A stretch of 64,000 nt of DNA. Origin: Nemertoderma westbladi (lineage: Eukaryota > Animalia > Xenacoelomorpha). The first letter of the stretch is position 1. Every line of letters starts with the position of its first letter. Positions 1 through 15,000 of the stretch are shown here, in pieces. Made by a program: the position numbers and the translations under genes. Where the stretch lies: the NCBI GenBank assembly GCA_032718475.1, contig JAUCBJ010001919.1:62001-126000 (forward strand). Direction: 5' to 3'. Under the pieces are notes generated by a model. That model had not been told where the DNA came from and ran no database searches. It was given only the letters and a program-made list of their open reading frames with translations.

Positions 1-3000
1 GAATGTCCTCCTACAGTACTGAATGTCCTCCTACAGTACTGAATGTCCTCCTACAGTACTGAATGTCCTCCTACATTACTGAATATCCTCCTACATTACT
101 GAATGTCCTCCTACATTACATTACTGAATGTCCTCCTACATTACATTACTGAATGTCCTCCTACATTACTGAATATCCTCCTACATTACTGAATATCCTC
201 CTACATTACATTACTGAATGTCCTCCTACATTACATTACTGAATGTCCTCCTACATTACAGTACTGAATGTCCTCCTACAGTACTGAATGTCCTCCTACA
301 GTACTGAATGTCCTCCTACAGTACTGAATGTCCTCCTACATTACTGAATGTCCTCCTACATTACATTACTGAATGTCCTCCTACATTACTGAATATCCTC
401 CTACCTTACTGAATGTCCTCCTACATTACATTACTGAATGTCCTCCTACATTACATTACTGAATGTCCTCCTACATTACTGAATATCCTCCTACATTACT
501 GAATATCCTCCTACATTACATTACTGAATGTCCTCCTACATTACATTACTGAATGTCCTCCTACATTACATTACTGAATGTCCTCCTACATTACATTACT
601 GAATGTCCTCCTACATTACATTACTGAATGTCCTCCTACATTACATTACTGAATGTCCTCCTACATTACTGAATGTCCTTCTACATTACTGAATGTCCTC
701 CTACATTACATTACTGAATGTCCTCCTACATTACTGAATGTCCTCCTACATTACATTACTGAATGTCCTCCTACATTACTGAATGTCCTCCTACATTACA
801 TTACTGAATGTCCTCCTACATTACTGAATATCCTCCTACATTACTGAATGTCCTCCTACATTACTGAATGTCCTCCTACATTACTGAATGTCCTCCTACA
901 TTACTGAATGTCCTCCTACATTACTGAATGTCCACCTACATTACTGAATGTCCTCCTACATTACTGAATGTCCTCCTACATTACATTACTGAATGTCCTC
1001 CTACATTACTGAATGTCCTCCTACAGTACTGAATGTCCTCCTACATTACTGAATGTCCTCCTACATTACTGAATATCCTCCTACAGTACTGAATGTCCTC
1101 CTACAGTACTGAATGTCCTCCTACAGTACTGAATGTCCTCCTACAGTACTGAATGTCCTCCTACATTACTGAATATCCTCCTACATTACTGAATGTCCTC
1201 CTACATTACATTACTGAATGTCCTCCTACATTACATTACTGAATGTCCTCCTACATTACATTACTGAATGTCCTCCTACATTACATTACTGAATGTCCTC
1301 CTACATTACTGAATGTCCTTCTACATTACTGAATGTCCTCCTACATTACATTACTGAATGTCCTCCTACATTACATTACTGAATGTCCTTCTACATTACT
1401 GAATGTCCTCCTACATTACTGAATGTCCTCCTACATTACATTACTGAATGTCCTTCTACATTACTGAATGTCCTCCTACATTACATTACTGAATGTCCTC
1501 CTACATTACTGAATGTCCTCCTACATTACATTACTGAATGTCCTCCTACATTACATTACTGAATGTCCTCCTACATTACTGAACATCCTCCTACAGTACT
1601 GAATGTCCTCCTACAGTACTGAATGTCCTCCTACAGTACTGAATGTCCTCCTACAGTACTGAATGTCCTCCTACATTACATTACTGAATGTCCTCCTACA
1701 TTACTGAATGTCCTCCTACATTACTGAATGTCCTCCTACATTACTGAATGTCCTCCTACATTACTGAATGTCCTCCTACAGTACTGAATGTCCTCCTACA
1801 TTACTGAATGTCCTCCTACATTACATTACTGAATGTCCTCCTACATTACTGAATGTCCTCCTACAGTACTGAATGTCCTCCTACATTACTGAATGTCCTC
1901 CTACATTACTGAATGTCCTCCTACATTACTGAATGTCCTCCTACATTACTGAATGTCCTCCTACATTACATTACTGAATGTCTTCCTACAGTACTGAATG
2001 TCCTCCTACATTACTGAATATCCTCCTACAGTACTGAATGTCCTCCTACAGTACTGAATGTCCTCCTACAGTACTGAATGTCCTCCTACAGTACTGAATG
2101 TCCTCTTACATTACATTAATGAATGTCCTCCTACATTACTGAGTGTCCTCCTACATTACTGAATGTCCTCCTACAGTACTGAATGTCCTCCTACATTACT
2201 GAATGTCCTCCTACAGTACTGAATGTCCTCCTACATTACTGAATGTCCTCCTAGATTACTGAATATCCTCCTACATTACATTACTGAATGTCCTCCTACA
2301 TTACTGAATGTCCTCCTACATTACTGAATGTCCTCCTACATTACTGAATGTCCTCGTACAGTACTGAATGTCCTCCTACATTACTGAATATCCTCCTACC
2401 GTACTGAATGTCCTCCTACATTACTGAATGTCCTCCTACATTACTGAATGTCCTCGTACAGTACTGAATGTCCTCCTACATTACTGAATATCCTCCTACC
2501 GTACTGAATGTCCTCCTACAGTACTGAATGTCCTCCTACAGTACTGAATGTCCTCCTACAGTACTGAATGTCCTCCTACATTACTGAATGTCCTCCTACA
2601 TTACTGAATATCCTCCTACAGTACTGAATGTCCTCCTACAGTACTGAATGTCCTCCTACAGTACTGAATGTCCTCCTACAGTACTGAATGTCCACCTACA
2701 GTACTGAATGTCCTCCTACAGTACTGAATGTCCTCCTACATTACTGAATGTCCTCCTACAGTACTGAATGTCCTCCTACAGTACTGAATGTCCTCCTACA
2801 GTACTGAATGCCCTCCTACATTACTGAATATCCTCCTACATTACTGAATGTCCTCCTACATTACATTACTGAATGTCCTCCTACATTACATTACTGAATG
2901 TCCTCCTACAGTACTGAATGTCCTCCTACAGTACTGAATGTCCTCCTACATTACTGAATATCCTCCTACATTACTGAATGTCCTCCTACATTAGATTACT

Positions 3001-6000
3001 GAATGTCCTCCTACATTACTGAATGTCCTCCTACATTACATTACTGAATGTCCTCCTACATTACTGAATATCCTCCTACATTACTGAATGTCCTCCTACA
3101 TTACTGAATGTCCTCCTACATTACTGAATGTCCTCCTACATTACTGAATGTCCTCCTACATTACTGAATGTCCTCCTACATTACTGAATGTCCTCCTACA
3201 TTACTGAATGTCCTCCTACATTACTGAATGTCCTCCTACATTACTGAATGTCCTCCTACATTACTGAATGTCCTCCTACATTACTGAATGTCCTCCTACA
3301 TTACTGAATGTCCTCCTACATTACTGAATGTCCTCCTACATTACTGAATGTCCTCCAACATTACTGAATGTCCTCCTACATTACATTACTGAATGTCCTC
3401 CTACATTACTGAATATCCTCCTACATTACATTACTGAATGTCCTCCTACAGTACTGAAAGTCCTCATACAGTACTGAATGTCCTCCTACAGTACTGAATG
3501 TCCTCCTACATTACTGAATATCCTCCTACATTACTGAATGTCCTCCTACATTACATTACTGAATGTCCTCCTACATTACTGAATGTCCTCCTACATTACA
3601 TTACTGAATGTCCTCCTACATTACTGAATATCCTCCTACATTACTGAATGTCCTCCTACATTACTGAATGTCCTCCTACATTACTGAATGTCCTCCTACA
3701 TTACTGAATGTCCTCCTACATTACTGAATGTCCTCCTACATTACATTACTGAATGTCCTCCTACATTACATTACTGAATGTCCTCCTACATTACTGAATG
3801 TCCTCCTACATTACTGAATGTCCTCCTACATTACTGAATGTCCTCCTACATTACTGAATGTCCTCCTACATTACTGAATGTCCTCCTACATTACTGAATG
3901 TCCTCCTACATTACTGAATGTCCTCCTACATTACTGAATGTCCTCCTACATTACTGAATGTCCTCCTACATTACTGAATGTCCTCCTACATTACTGAATG
4001 TCCTCCTACATTACTGAATGTCCTCCTACATTACTGAATGTCCTCCTACATTACTGAATGTCCTCCTACATTACATTACTGAATGTCCTCCTACATTACT
4101 GAATATCCTCCTACATTACATTACTGAATGTCCTCCTACAGTACTGAAAGTCCTCCTACAGTACTGAATGTCCTCCTACAGTACTGAATGTCCTCCTACA
4201 TTACTGAATATCCTCCTACATTACTGAATGTCCTCCTACATTACATTACTGAATGTCCTCCTACATTACTGAATGTCCTCCTACATTACATTACTGAATG
4301 TCCTCCTACATTACTGAATATCCTCCTACATTACTGAATGTCCTCCTACATTACTGAATGTCCTCCTACATTACTGAATGTCCTCCTACATTACTGAATG
4401 TCCTCCTACATTACTGAATGTCCTCCTACATTACTGAATGTCCTCCTACATTACTGAATGTCCTCCTACATTACTGAATGTCCTCCTACATTACATTACT
4501 GAATGTCCTCCTACATTACTGAATGTCCTCCTACAGTACTGAATGTCCTCCTACATTACTGAATGTCCTCCTACATTACTGAATATCCTCCTACAGTACT
4601 GAATGTCCTCCTACAGTACTGAATGTCCTCCTACAGTACTGAATGTCCTCCTACAGTACTGAATGTCCTCCTACATTACTGAATATCCTCCTACATTACT
4701 GAATGTCCTCCTACATTACATTACTGAATGTCCTCCTACATTACATTACTGAATGTCCTCCTACATTACTGAATATCCTCCTACATTACTGAATATCCTC
4801 CTACATTACATTACTGAATGTCCTCCTACATTACATTACTGAATGTCCACCTACATTACTGAATATCCTCCTACCTTACTGAATGTCCTCCTACATTACA
4901 TTACTGAATGTCCTCCTACATTACATTACTGAATGTCCTCCTACATTACTGAATATCCTCCTACATTACTGAATATCCTCCTACATTACATTACTGAATG
5001 TCCTCCTACATTACATTACTGAATGTCCTCCTACATTACATTACTGAATGTCCTCCTACATTACATTACTGAATGTCCTCCTACATTACATTACTGAATG
5101 TCCTCCTACATTACATTACTGAATGTCCTCCTACATTACTGAATGTCCTTCTACATTACTGAATGTCCTCCTACATTACATTACTGAATGTCCTCCTACA
5201 TTACATTACTGAATGTCCTTCTACATTACTGAATGTCCTCCTACATTACTGAATGTCCTCCTACATTACATTACTTAATGTCCTTCTACATTACTGAATG
5301 TCCTCCTACATTACATTACTGAATGTCCTCCTACATTACTGAATGTCCTCCTACATTACATTACTGAATGTCCTCCTACATTACATTACTGAATGTCCTC
5401 CTACATTACTGAACATCCTCCTACAGTACTGAATGTCCTCCTACAGTACTGAATGTCCTCCTACAGTACTGAATGTCCTCCTACAGTACTGAATGTCCTC
5501 CTACATTACATTACTGAATGTCCTCCTACATTACTGAATGTCCTCCTACATTACTGAATGTCCTCCTACATTACTGAATGTCCTCCTACATTACTGAATG
5601 TCCTCCTACAGTACTGAATGTCCTCCTACATTACTGAATGTCCTCCTACATTACATTACTGAATGTCTTCCTACATTACTGAATGTCCTCCTACAGTACT
5701 GAATGTCCTCCTACATTACTGAATGTCCTCCTACATTACTGAATGTCCTCCTACATTACTGAATGTCCTCCTACATTACTGAATGTCCTCCTACATTACT
5801 GAATGTCCTCCTACATTACATTACTGAATGTCCTCCTACAGTACTGAATGTCCTCCTACAGTACTGAATGTCCTCCTACAGTACTGAATGTCCTCCTACA
5901 TTACATTAATGAATGTCCTCCTACATTACTGAATGTCCTCCTACATTACTGAATGTCCTCCTACAGTACTGAATGTCCTCCTACATTACTGAATGTCCTC

Positions 6001-9000
6001 CTACATTACATTACTGAATGTCCTCCTACATTACTGAATGTCCTCCTACAGTACTGAATGTCCTCCTACATTACTGAATGTCCTCCTACATTACTGAATG
6101 TCCTCCTACATTACTGAATGTCCCCCTACATTACTGAATGTCCTCCTACATTACTGAATGTCCTCCTACATTACTGAATGTCCTCCTAGATTACTGAATG
6201 TCCTCCTACATTACATTACTGAATGTCCTCCTACATTACTGAATGTCCTCCTACATTACTGAATGTCCTCCTACATTACTGAATGTCCTCCTACAGTACT
6301 GAATGTCCTCCTACATTACTGAATATCCTCCTACCGTACTGAATGTCCTCCTACAGTACTGAATGTCCTCCTACAGTACTGAATGTCCTCCTACAGTACT
6401 GAATGTCCTCCTACATTACTGAATGTCCTCCTACATTACTGAATGTCCTCCTACATTACTGAATGTCCTCCTACATTACTGAATATCCTCCTACAGTACT
6501 GAATGTCCTCCTACAGTACTGAATGTCCTCCTACAGTACTGAATGTCCTCCTACAGTACTGAATGTCCACCTACAGTACTGAATGTCCTCCTACAGTACT
6601 GAATGTCCTCCTACATTACTGAATGTCCTCCTACAGTACTGAATGTCCTCCTACAGTACTGAATGTCCTCCTACAGTACTGAATGCCCTCCTACATTACT
6701 GAATATCCTCCTACATTACTGAATGTCCTCCTACATTACATTACTGAATGTCCTCCTACATTACATTACTGAATGTCCTCCTACAGTACTGAATGTCCTC
6801 CTACAGTACTGAATGTCCTCCTACATTACTGAATATCCTCCTACATTACTGAATGTCCTCCTACATTAGATTACTGAATGTCCTCCTACATTACTGAATG
6901 TCCTCCTACATTACATTACGGAATGTCCTCCTACATTACTGAATATCCTCCTACATTACTGAATGTCCTCCTACATTACTTAATGTCCTCCTACATTACT
7001 GAATGTCCTCCTACATTACTGAATGTCCTCCTACATTACTGAATGTCCTCCTACATTACTGAATGTCCTCCTACATTACTGAATGTCCTCCTACATTACT
7101 GAATGTACTCCTACATTACTGAATGTCCTCCTACATTACTGAATGTCCTCCTACATTACTGAATGTCCTCCTACATTACTGAATGTCCTCCTACATTACA
7201 GAATGTCCTCCTACATTACTGAATGTCCTCCTACATTACTGAATGTCCTCCTACATTACTGAATGTCCTCCTACATTACATTACTGAATGTCCTCCTACA
7301 TTACTGAATATCCTCCTACATTACATTACTGAATGTCCTCCTACAGTACTGAAAGTCCTCATACAGTAATGAATGTCCTCCTACAGTACTGAATGTCCTC
7401 CTACATTACTGAATATCCTCCTACATTACTGAATGTCCTCCTACATTACATTACTGAATGTCCTCCTACATTACTGAATGTCCTCCTACATTACATTACT
7501 GAATGTCCTCCTACATTACTGAATATCCTCCTACATTACTGAATGTCCTCCTACATTACTGAATGTCCTCCTACATTACTGAATGTCCTCCTACATTACT
7601 GAATGTCCTCCTACATTACATTACTGAATGTCCTCCTACATTACTGAATGTCCTCCTACATTACTGAATGTCCTCCTACATTACTGAATGTCCTCCTACA
7701 TTACTGAATGTCCTCCTACATTACTGAATGTCCTCCTACATTACTGAATGTCCTCCTACATTACTGAATGTCCTCCTACATTACTGAATGTCCTCCTACA
7801 TTACTGAATGTCCTCCTACATTACATTACTGAATGTCCTCCTACATTACTGAATGTCCTCCTACATTACTGAATGTCCTCCTACATTACTGAATGTCCTC
7901 CTACATTACTGAATGTCCTCCTACATTACTGAATGTCCTCCTACATTACATTACTGAATGTCCTCCTACATTACTGAATGTCCTCCTACAGTACTGAATG
8001 TCCTCCTACATTACTGAATGTCCTCCTACATTACTGAATATCCTCCTACAGTACTGAATGTCCTCCTACAGTACTGAATGTCCTCCTACAGTACTGAATG
8101 TCCTCCTACAGTACTGAATGTCCTCCTACATTACTGAAAATCCTCCTACATTACTGAATGTCCTCCTACATTACATTACTGAATGTCCTCCTACATTACA
8201 TTACTGAATGTCCTCCTACATTACTGAATGTCCTCCTACATTACTGAATGTCCTCCTACATTACTGAATGTCCTCCTACATTACTGAATGTCCTCCTACA
8301 TTACTGAATGTCCTCCTACATTACTGAATGTCCTCCTACATTACATTACTGAATGTCCTCCTACATTACTGAATGTCCTCCTACAGTACTGAATGTCCTC
8401 CTACATTACTGAATGTCCTCCTACATTACTGAATATCCTCCTACAGTACTGAATGTCCTCCTACAGTACTGAATGTCCTCCTATAGTACTGAATGTCCTC
8501 CTACAGTACTGAATGTCCTCCTACATTACTGAATATCCTCCTACATTACTGAATGTCCTCCTACATTACATTACTGAATGTCCTCCTACATTACATTACT
8601 GAATGTCCTCCTACATTACTGAATATCCTCCTACATTACTGAATATCCTCCTACATTACATTACTGAATGTCCTCCTACATTACATTACTGAATGTCCTC
8701 CTACATTACAGTACTGAATGTCCTCCTACAGTACTGAATGTCCTCCTACAGTACTGAATGTCCTCCTACAGTACTGAATGTCCTCCTACATTACTGAATG
8801 TCCTCCTACATTACATTACTGAATGTCCTCCTACATTACTGAATATACTCCTACATTACTGAATGTCCTCCTACATTACATTACTGAATGTCCTCCTACA
8901 TTACATTACTGAATGTCCTCCTACATTACTGAATATCCTCCTACATTACTGAATATCCTCCTATGTTACATTACTGAATGTCCTCCTACATTACATTACT

Positions 9001-12000
9001 GAATGTCCTCCTACATTACATTACTGAATGTCCTCCTACATTACATTACTGAATGTCCTCCTACATTACATTACTGAATGTCCTCCTACATTACATTACT
9101 GAATGTCCTCCTACATTACTGAATGTCCTTCTACATTACTGAATGTCCTCCTACATTACATTACTGAATGTCCTCCTACATTACATTACTGAATGTCCTT
9201 CTACATTACTGAATGTCCTCCTACATTACTGAATGTCCTCCTACATTACATTACTGAATGTCCTTCTACATTACTGAATGTCCTCCTACATTACATTACT
9301 GAATGTCCTCCTACATTACTGAATGTCCTCCTACATTACATTACTGAATGTCCTCCTACATTACATTACTGAATGTCCTCCTACATTACTGAACATCCTC
9401 CTACAGTACTGAATGTCCTCCTACAGTACTGAATGTCCTCCTACAGTACTGAATGTCCTCCTACAGTACTGAATGTCCTCCTACATTACATTACTGAATG
9501 TCCTCCTACATTACTGAATGTTCTCCTACATTACTGAATGTCCTCCTACATTACTGAATGTCCTCCTACATTACTGAATGTCCTCCTACAGTACTGAATG
9601 TCCTCCTACATTACTGAATGTCCTCCTACATTACATTACTGAATGTCCTCCTACATTACTGAATGTCCTCCTACAGTACTGAATGTCCTCCTACATTACT
9701 GAATGTCCTCCTACATTACTGAATGTCCTCCTACATTACTGAATGTCCTCCTACATTACTGAATGTCCTCCTAGATTACTGAATGTCCTCCTACATTACA
9801 TTACTGAATGTCTTCCTACAGTACTGAATGTCCTCCTACATTACTGAATATCCTCCTACAGTACTGAATGTCCTCCTACAGTACTGAATGTCCTCCTACA
9901 GTACTGAATGTCCTCCTACAGTACTGAATGTCCTCCTACATTACATTAATGAATGTCCTCCTACATTACTGAGTGTCCTCCTACATTACTGAATGTCCTC
10001 CTACAGTACTGAATGTCCTCCTACATTACTGAATGTCCTCCTACATTACATTACTGAATGTCCTCCTACATTACTGAATGTCCTCCTACAGTACTGAATG
10101 TCCTCCTACATTACTGAATGTCCTCCTAGATTACTGAATATCCTCCTACATTACATTACTGAATGTCCTCCTACATTACTGAATGTCCTCCTACATTACT
10201 GAATGTCCTCCTACATTACTGAATGTCCTCGTACAGTACTGAATGTCCTCCTACATTACTGAATATCCTCCTACCGTACTGAATGTCCTCCTACATTACT
10301 GAATGTCCTCCTACATTACTGAATGTCCTCGTACAGTACTGAATGTCCTCCTACATTACTGAATATCCTCCTACCGTACTGAATGTCCTCCTACAGTACT
10401 GAATGTCCTCCTACAGTACTGAATGTCCTCCTACAGTACTGAATGTCCTCCAACATTACTGAATGTCCTCCTACATTACTGAATATCCTCCTACAGTACT
10501 GAATGTCCTCTTACAGTACTGAATGTCCTCCTACAGTACTGAATGTCCTCCTACAGTACTGAATGTCCACCTACAGTACTGAATGTCCTCCTACAGTACT
10601 GAATGTCCTCCTACATTACTGAATGTCCTCCTACAGTACTGAATGTCCTCCTACAGTACTGAATGTCCTCCTACAGTACTGAATGCCCTCCTACATTACT
10701 GAATATCCTCCTACATTACTGAATGTCCTCCTACATTACATTACTGAATGTCCTCCTACATTACATTACTGAATGTCCTCCTACAGTACTGAATGTCCTC
10801 CTACAGTACTGAATGTCCTCCTACATTACTGAATATCCTCCTACATTACTGAATGTCCTCCTACATTAGATTACTGAATGTCCTCCTACATTACTGAATG
10901 TCCTCCTACATTACATTACTGAATGTCCTCCTACATTACTGAATATCCTCCTACATTACTGAATGTCCTCCTACATTACTGAATGTCCTCCTACATTACT
11001 GAATGTCCTCCTACATTACTGAATGTCCTCCTACATTACTGAATGTCCTCCTACATTACTGAATGTCCTCCTACATTACTGAATGTCCTCCTACATTACT
11101 GAATGTCCTCCTACATTACTGAATGTCCTCCTACATTACTGAATGTCCTCCTACATTACTGAATGTCCTCCTACATTACTGAATGTCCTCCTACATTACT
11201 GAATGTCCTCCTACATTACTGAATGTCCTCCTACATTACTGAATGTCCTCCTACATTACATTACTGAATGTCCTCCTACATTACTGAATATCCTCCTACA
11301 TTACATTACTGAATGTCCTCCTACAGTACTGAAAGTCCTCATACAGTACTGAATGTCCTCCTACAGTACTGAATGTCCTCCTACATTACTGAATATCCTC
11401 CTACATTACTGAATGTCCTCCTACATTACATTACTGAATGTCCTCCTACATTACTGAATGTCCTCCTACATTACATTACTGAATGTCCTCCTACATTACT
11501 GAATATCCTCCTACATTACTGAATGTCCTCCTACATTACTGAATGTCCTCCTACATTACTGAATGTCCTCCTACATACTGAATGTCCTCCTACATTACTG
11601 AATGTCCTCCTACATTACATTACTGAATGTCCTCCTACATTACATTACTGAATGTCCTCCTACATTACTGAATGTCCTCCTACAGTACTGAATGTCCTCC
11701 TACATTACTGAATGTCCTCCTACATTACTGAATATCCTCCTACAGTACTGAATGTCCTCCTACAGTACTGAATGTCCTCCTACAGTACTGAATGTCCTCC
11801 TACATTACATTACTGAATGTCCTCCTACATTACATTACTGAATGTCCTCCTACATTACTGAATATCCTCCTACATTACTGAATATCCTCCTACATTACTG
11901 AATGTCCTCCTACATTACTGAATGTCCTCCTACATTACTGAATGTCCTCCTACATTACTGAATGTCCTCCTACATTACATTACTGAATGTCCTCCTACAT

Positions 12001-15000
12001 TACAGTACTGAATGTATGTCCTCCTACAGTACTGAATGTCCTCCTACAGTACTGAATGTCCTCCTACAGTACTGAATGTCCTCCTACATTACTGAATGTC
12101 CTCCTACATTACATTACTGAATGTCCTCCTACATTACAGTACTGAATGTCCTCCTACAGTACTGAATGTCCTCCTACATTACTGAATGTCCTCCTACATT
12201 ACATTACTGAATGTCCTCCTACATTACTGAATATCCTCCTACATTACTGAATGTCCTCCTACATTACATTACTGAATGTCCTCCTACATTACATTACTGA
12301 ATGTCCTCCTACATTACTGAATATCCTCCTACATCACTGAATATCCTCCTACATTACATTACTGAATGTCCTCCTACATTACATTACTGAATATCCTCCT
12401 ACATTACATTACTGAATGTCCTCCTACATTACATTACTGAATGTCCTCCTACATTACATTACTGAATGTCCTCCTACATTACATTACTGAATGTCCTCCT
12501 ACATTACTGAATGTCCTTCTACATTACTGAATGTCCTTCTACATTACTGAATGTCCTCCTACATTACATTACTGAATGTCCTTCTACATTACTGAATGTC
12601 CTCCTACATTACTGAATGTCCTCCTACATTACATTACTGAATGTCCTTCTACATTACTGAATGTCCTCCTACATTACATTACTGAATGTCCTCCTACATT
12701 ACATTACTGAATGTCCTCCTACATTACTGAATGTCCTCCTACATTACATTACTGAATGTCCTCCTACATTACATTACTGAATGTCCTCCTACATTACTGA
12801 ATGTCCTCCTACAGTACTGAATGTCCTCCTACATTACTGAATATCCTCCTACAGTACTGAATGTCCTCCTACAGTACTGAATGTCCTCCTACAGTACTGA
12901 ATGTCCTCCTACAGTACTGAATGTCCTCCTACATTACTGAATATCCTCCTACATTACTGAATGTCCTCCTACATTACATTACTGAATGTCCTCCTACATT
13001 ACATTACTGAATGTCCTCCTACATTACTGAATATCCTCCTACATTACTGAATATCCTCCTACATTACTGAATGTCCTCCTACATTACTGAATATCCTCCA
13101 TCAGTACTGAATGTCCTCCTACAGTACTGAATGTCCTCCTACAGTACTGAATGTCCTCCTACAGTACTGAATGTCCTCCTACATTACTGAATGTCCTCCT
13201 ACATTACATTACTGAATGTCCTCCTACATTACTGAATGTCCTCCTACATTACTGAATGTCCTCCTACATTACTGAATGTCCACCTACATTACTGAATGTC
13301 CTCCTACATTACTGAATGTCCTCCTACATTACTGAATGTCCTCCTACATTACTGAATGTCCTCCTACATTACTGAATGTCCACCTACATTATTGAATGTC
13401 CTCCTACATTACTGAATGTCCTCCTACATTACTGAATGTCCTCCTACATTACTGAATGTCCTCCTACATTACATTACTGAATGTCCACCTACATTACTGA
13501 ATGTCCTCCTACAGTACTGAATGTCCTCCTACATTACTGAATGTCCTCCTACAGTACTGAATGTCCTCCTACATTACTGAATGTCCTCCTACAGTACTGA
13601 ATGTCCTCCTACATTACTGAATGTCCTCCTACATTACTGAATGTCCTCCTACATTACATTACTGAATGTCCTCCTACAGTACTGAATGGCCTCCTACAGT
13701 ACTGAATGTCCTCCTACATTACTGAATGTCCTCCTACATTACATTACTGAATGTCCTCCTACATTACATTACTGAATGTCCTCCTACATTACTGAATATC
13801 CTCCTACATTACTGAATATCCTCCTACATTACTGAATGTCCTCCTACATTACTGAATATCCTCCATCAGTACTGAATGTCCTCCTACAGTACTGAATGTC
13901 CTCCTACAGTACTGAAAGTCCTCCTACAGTACTGAAAGTCCTCCTACAGTACTGAATGTCCTCCTACAGTTCTGAATGTCTTCCTACAGTACTGAATGTC
14001 CTCCTACATTACTGAATGTCCTCCTACATTACATTACTGAATGTCCTCCTACATTACTGAATGTCCTCCTACATTACTGAATGTCCACCTACATTACTGA
14101 ATGTCCTCCTACATTACTGAATGTCCTCCTACATACTGAATGTCCTCCTACATTACTGAATGTCCTCCTACATTACTGAATGTCCACCTACATTATTGAA
14201 TGTCCTCCTACATTACTGAATGTCCTCCTACATTACTGAATGTCCTCCTACATTACTGAATGTCCTCCTACATTACATTACTGAATGTCCACCTACATTA
14301 CTGAATGTCCTCCTACATTACTGAATGTCCTCCTACATTACTGAATGTCCTCCTACATTACTGAATGTCCACCTACATTACTGAATGTCCTCCTACATTA
14401 CTGAATGTCCCCCTACATTACTGAATGTCCTCCTACATTACTGAATGTCCTCCTACATTACTGAATATCCTCCATCAGTACTGAATGTCCTCCTACAGTA
14501 CTGAATGTCCTCCTACAGTACTGAATGTCCTCCTACATTACTGAATGTCCTCCTACAGTACTGAATGTCCTCCTACATTACTGAATGTCCTCCTACAGTA
14601 CTGAATGTCCTCCTACATTACTGAATGTCCTCCTACATTACTGAATGTCCTCCTACATTACATTACTGAATGTCCTCCTACAGTACTGAATGGCCTCCTA
14701 CAGTACTGAATGTCCTCCTACATTACTGAATGTCCTCCTACATTACATTACTGAATGTCCTCCTACATTACATTACTGAATGTTCTCTTACATTACTGAA
14801 TATCCTCCTACATTACTGAATATCCTCCTACATTACTGAATGTCCTCCTACATTACTGAATATCCTCCATCAGTACTGAATGTCCTCCTACAGTACTGAA
14901 TGTCCTCCTACAGTACTGAAAGTCCTCCTACAGTACTGAAAGTCCTCCTACAGTACTGAATGTCCTCCTACAGTACTGAATGTCCTCCTACAGTACTGAA

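Noticed and set aside
653-847. 64-aa ORF in the satellite
   Set aside because: A chance open frame from alternating 20- and 25-bp units; no coding context.
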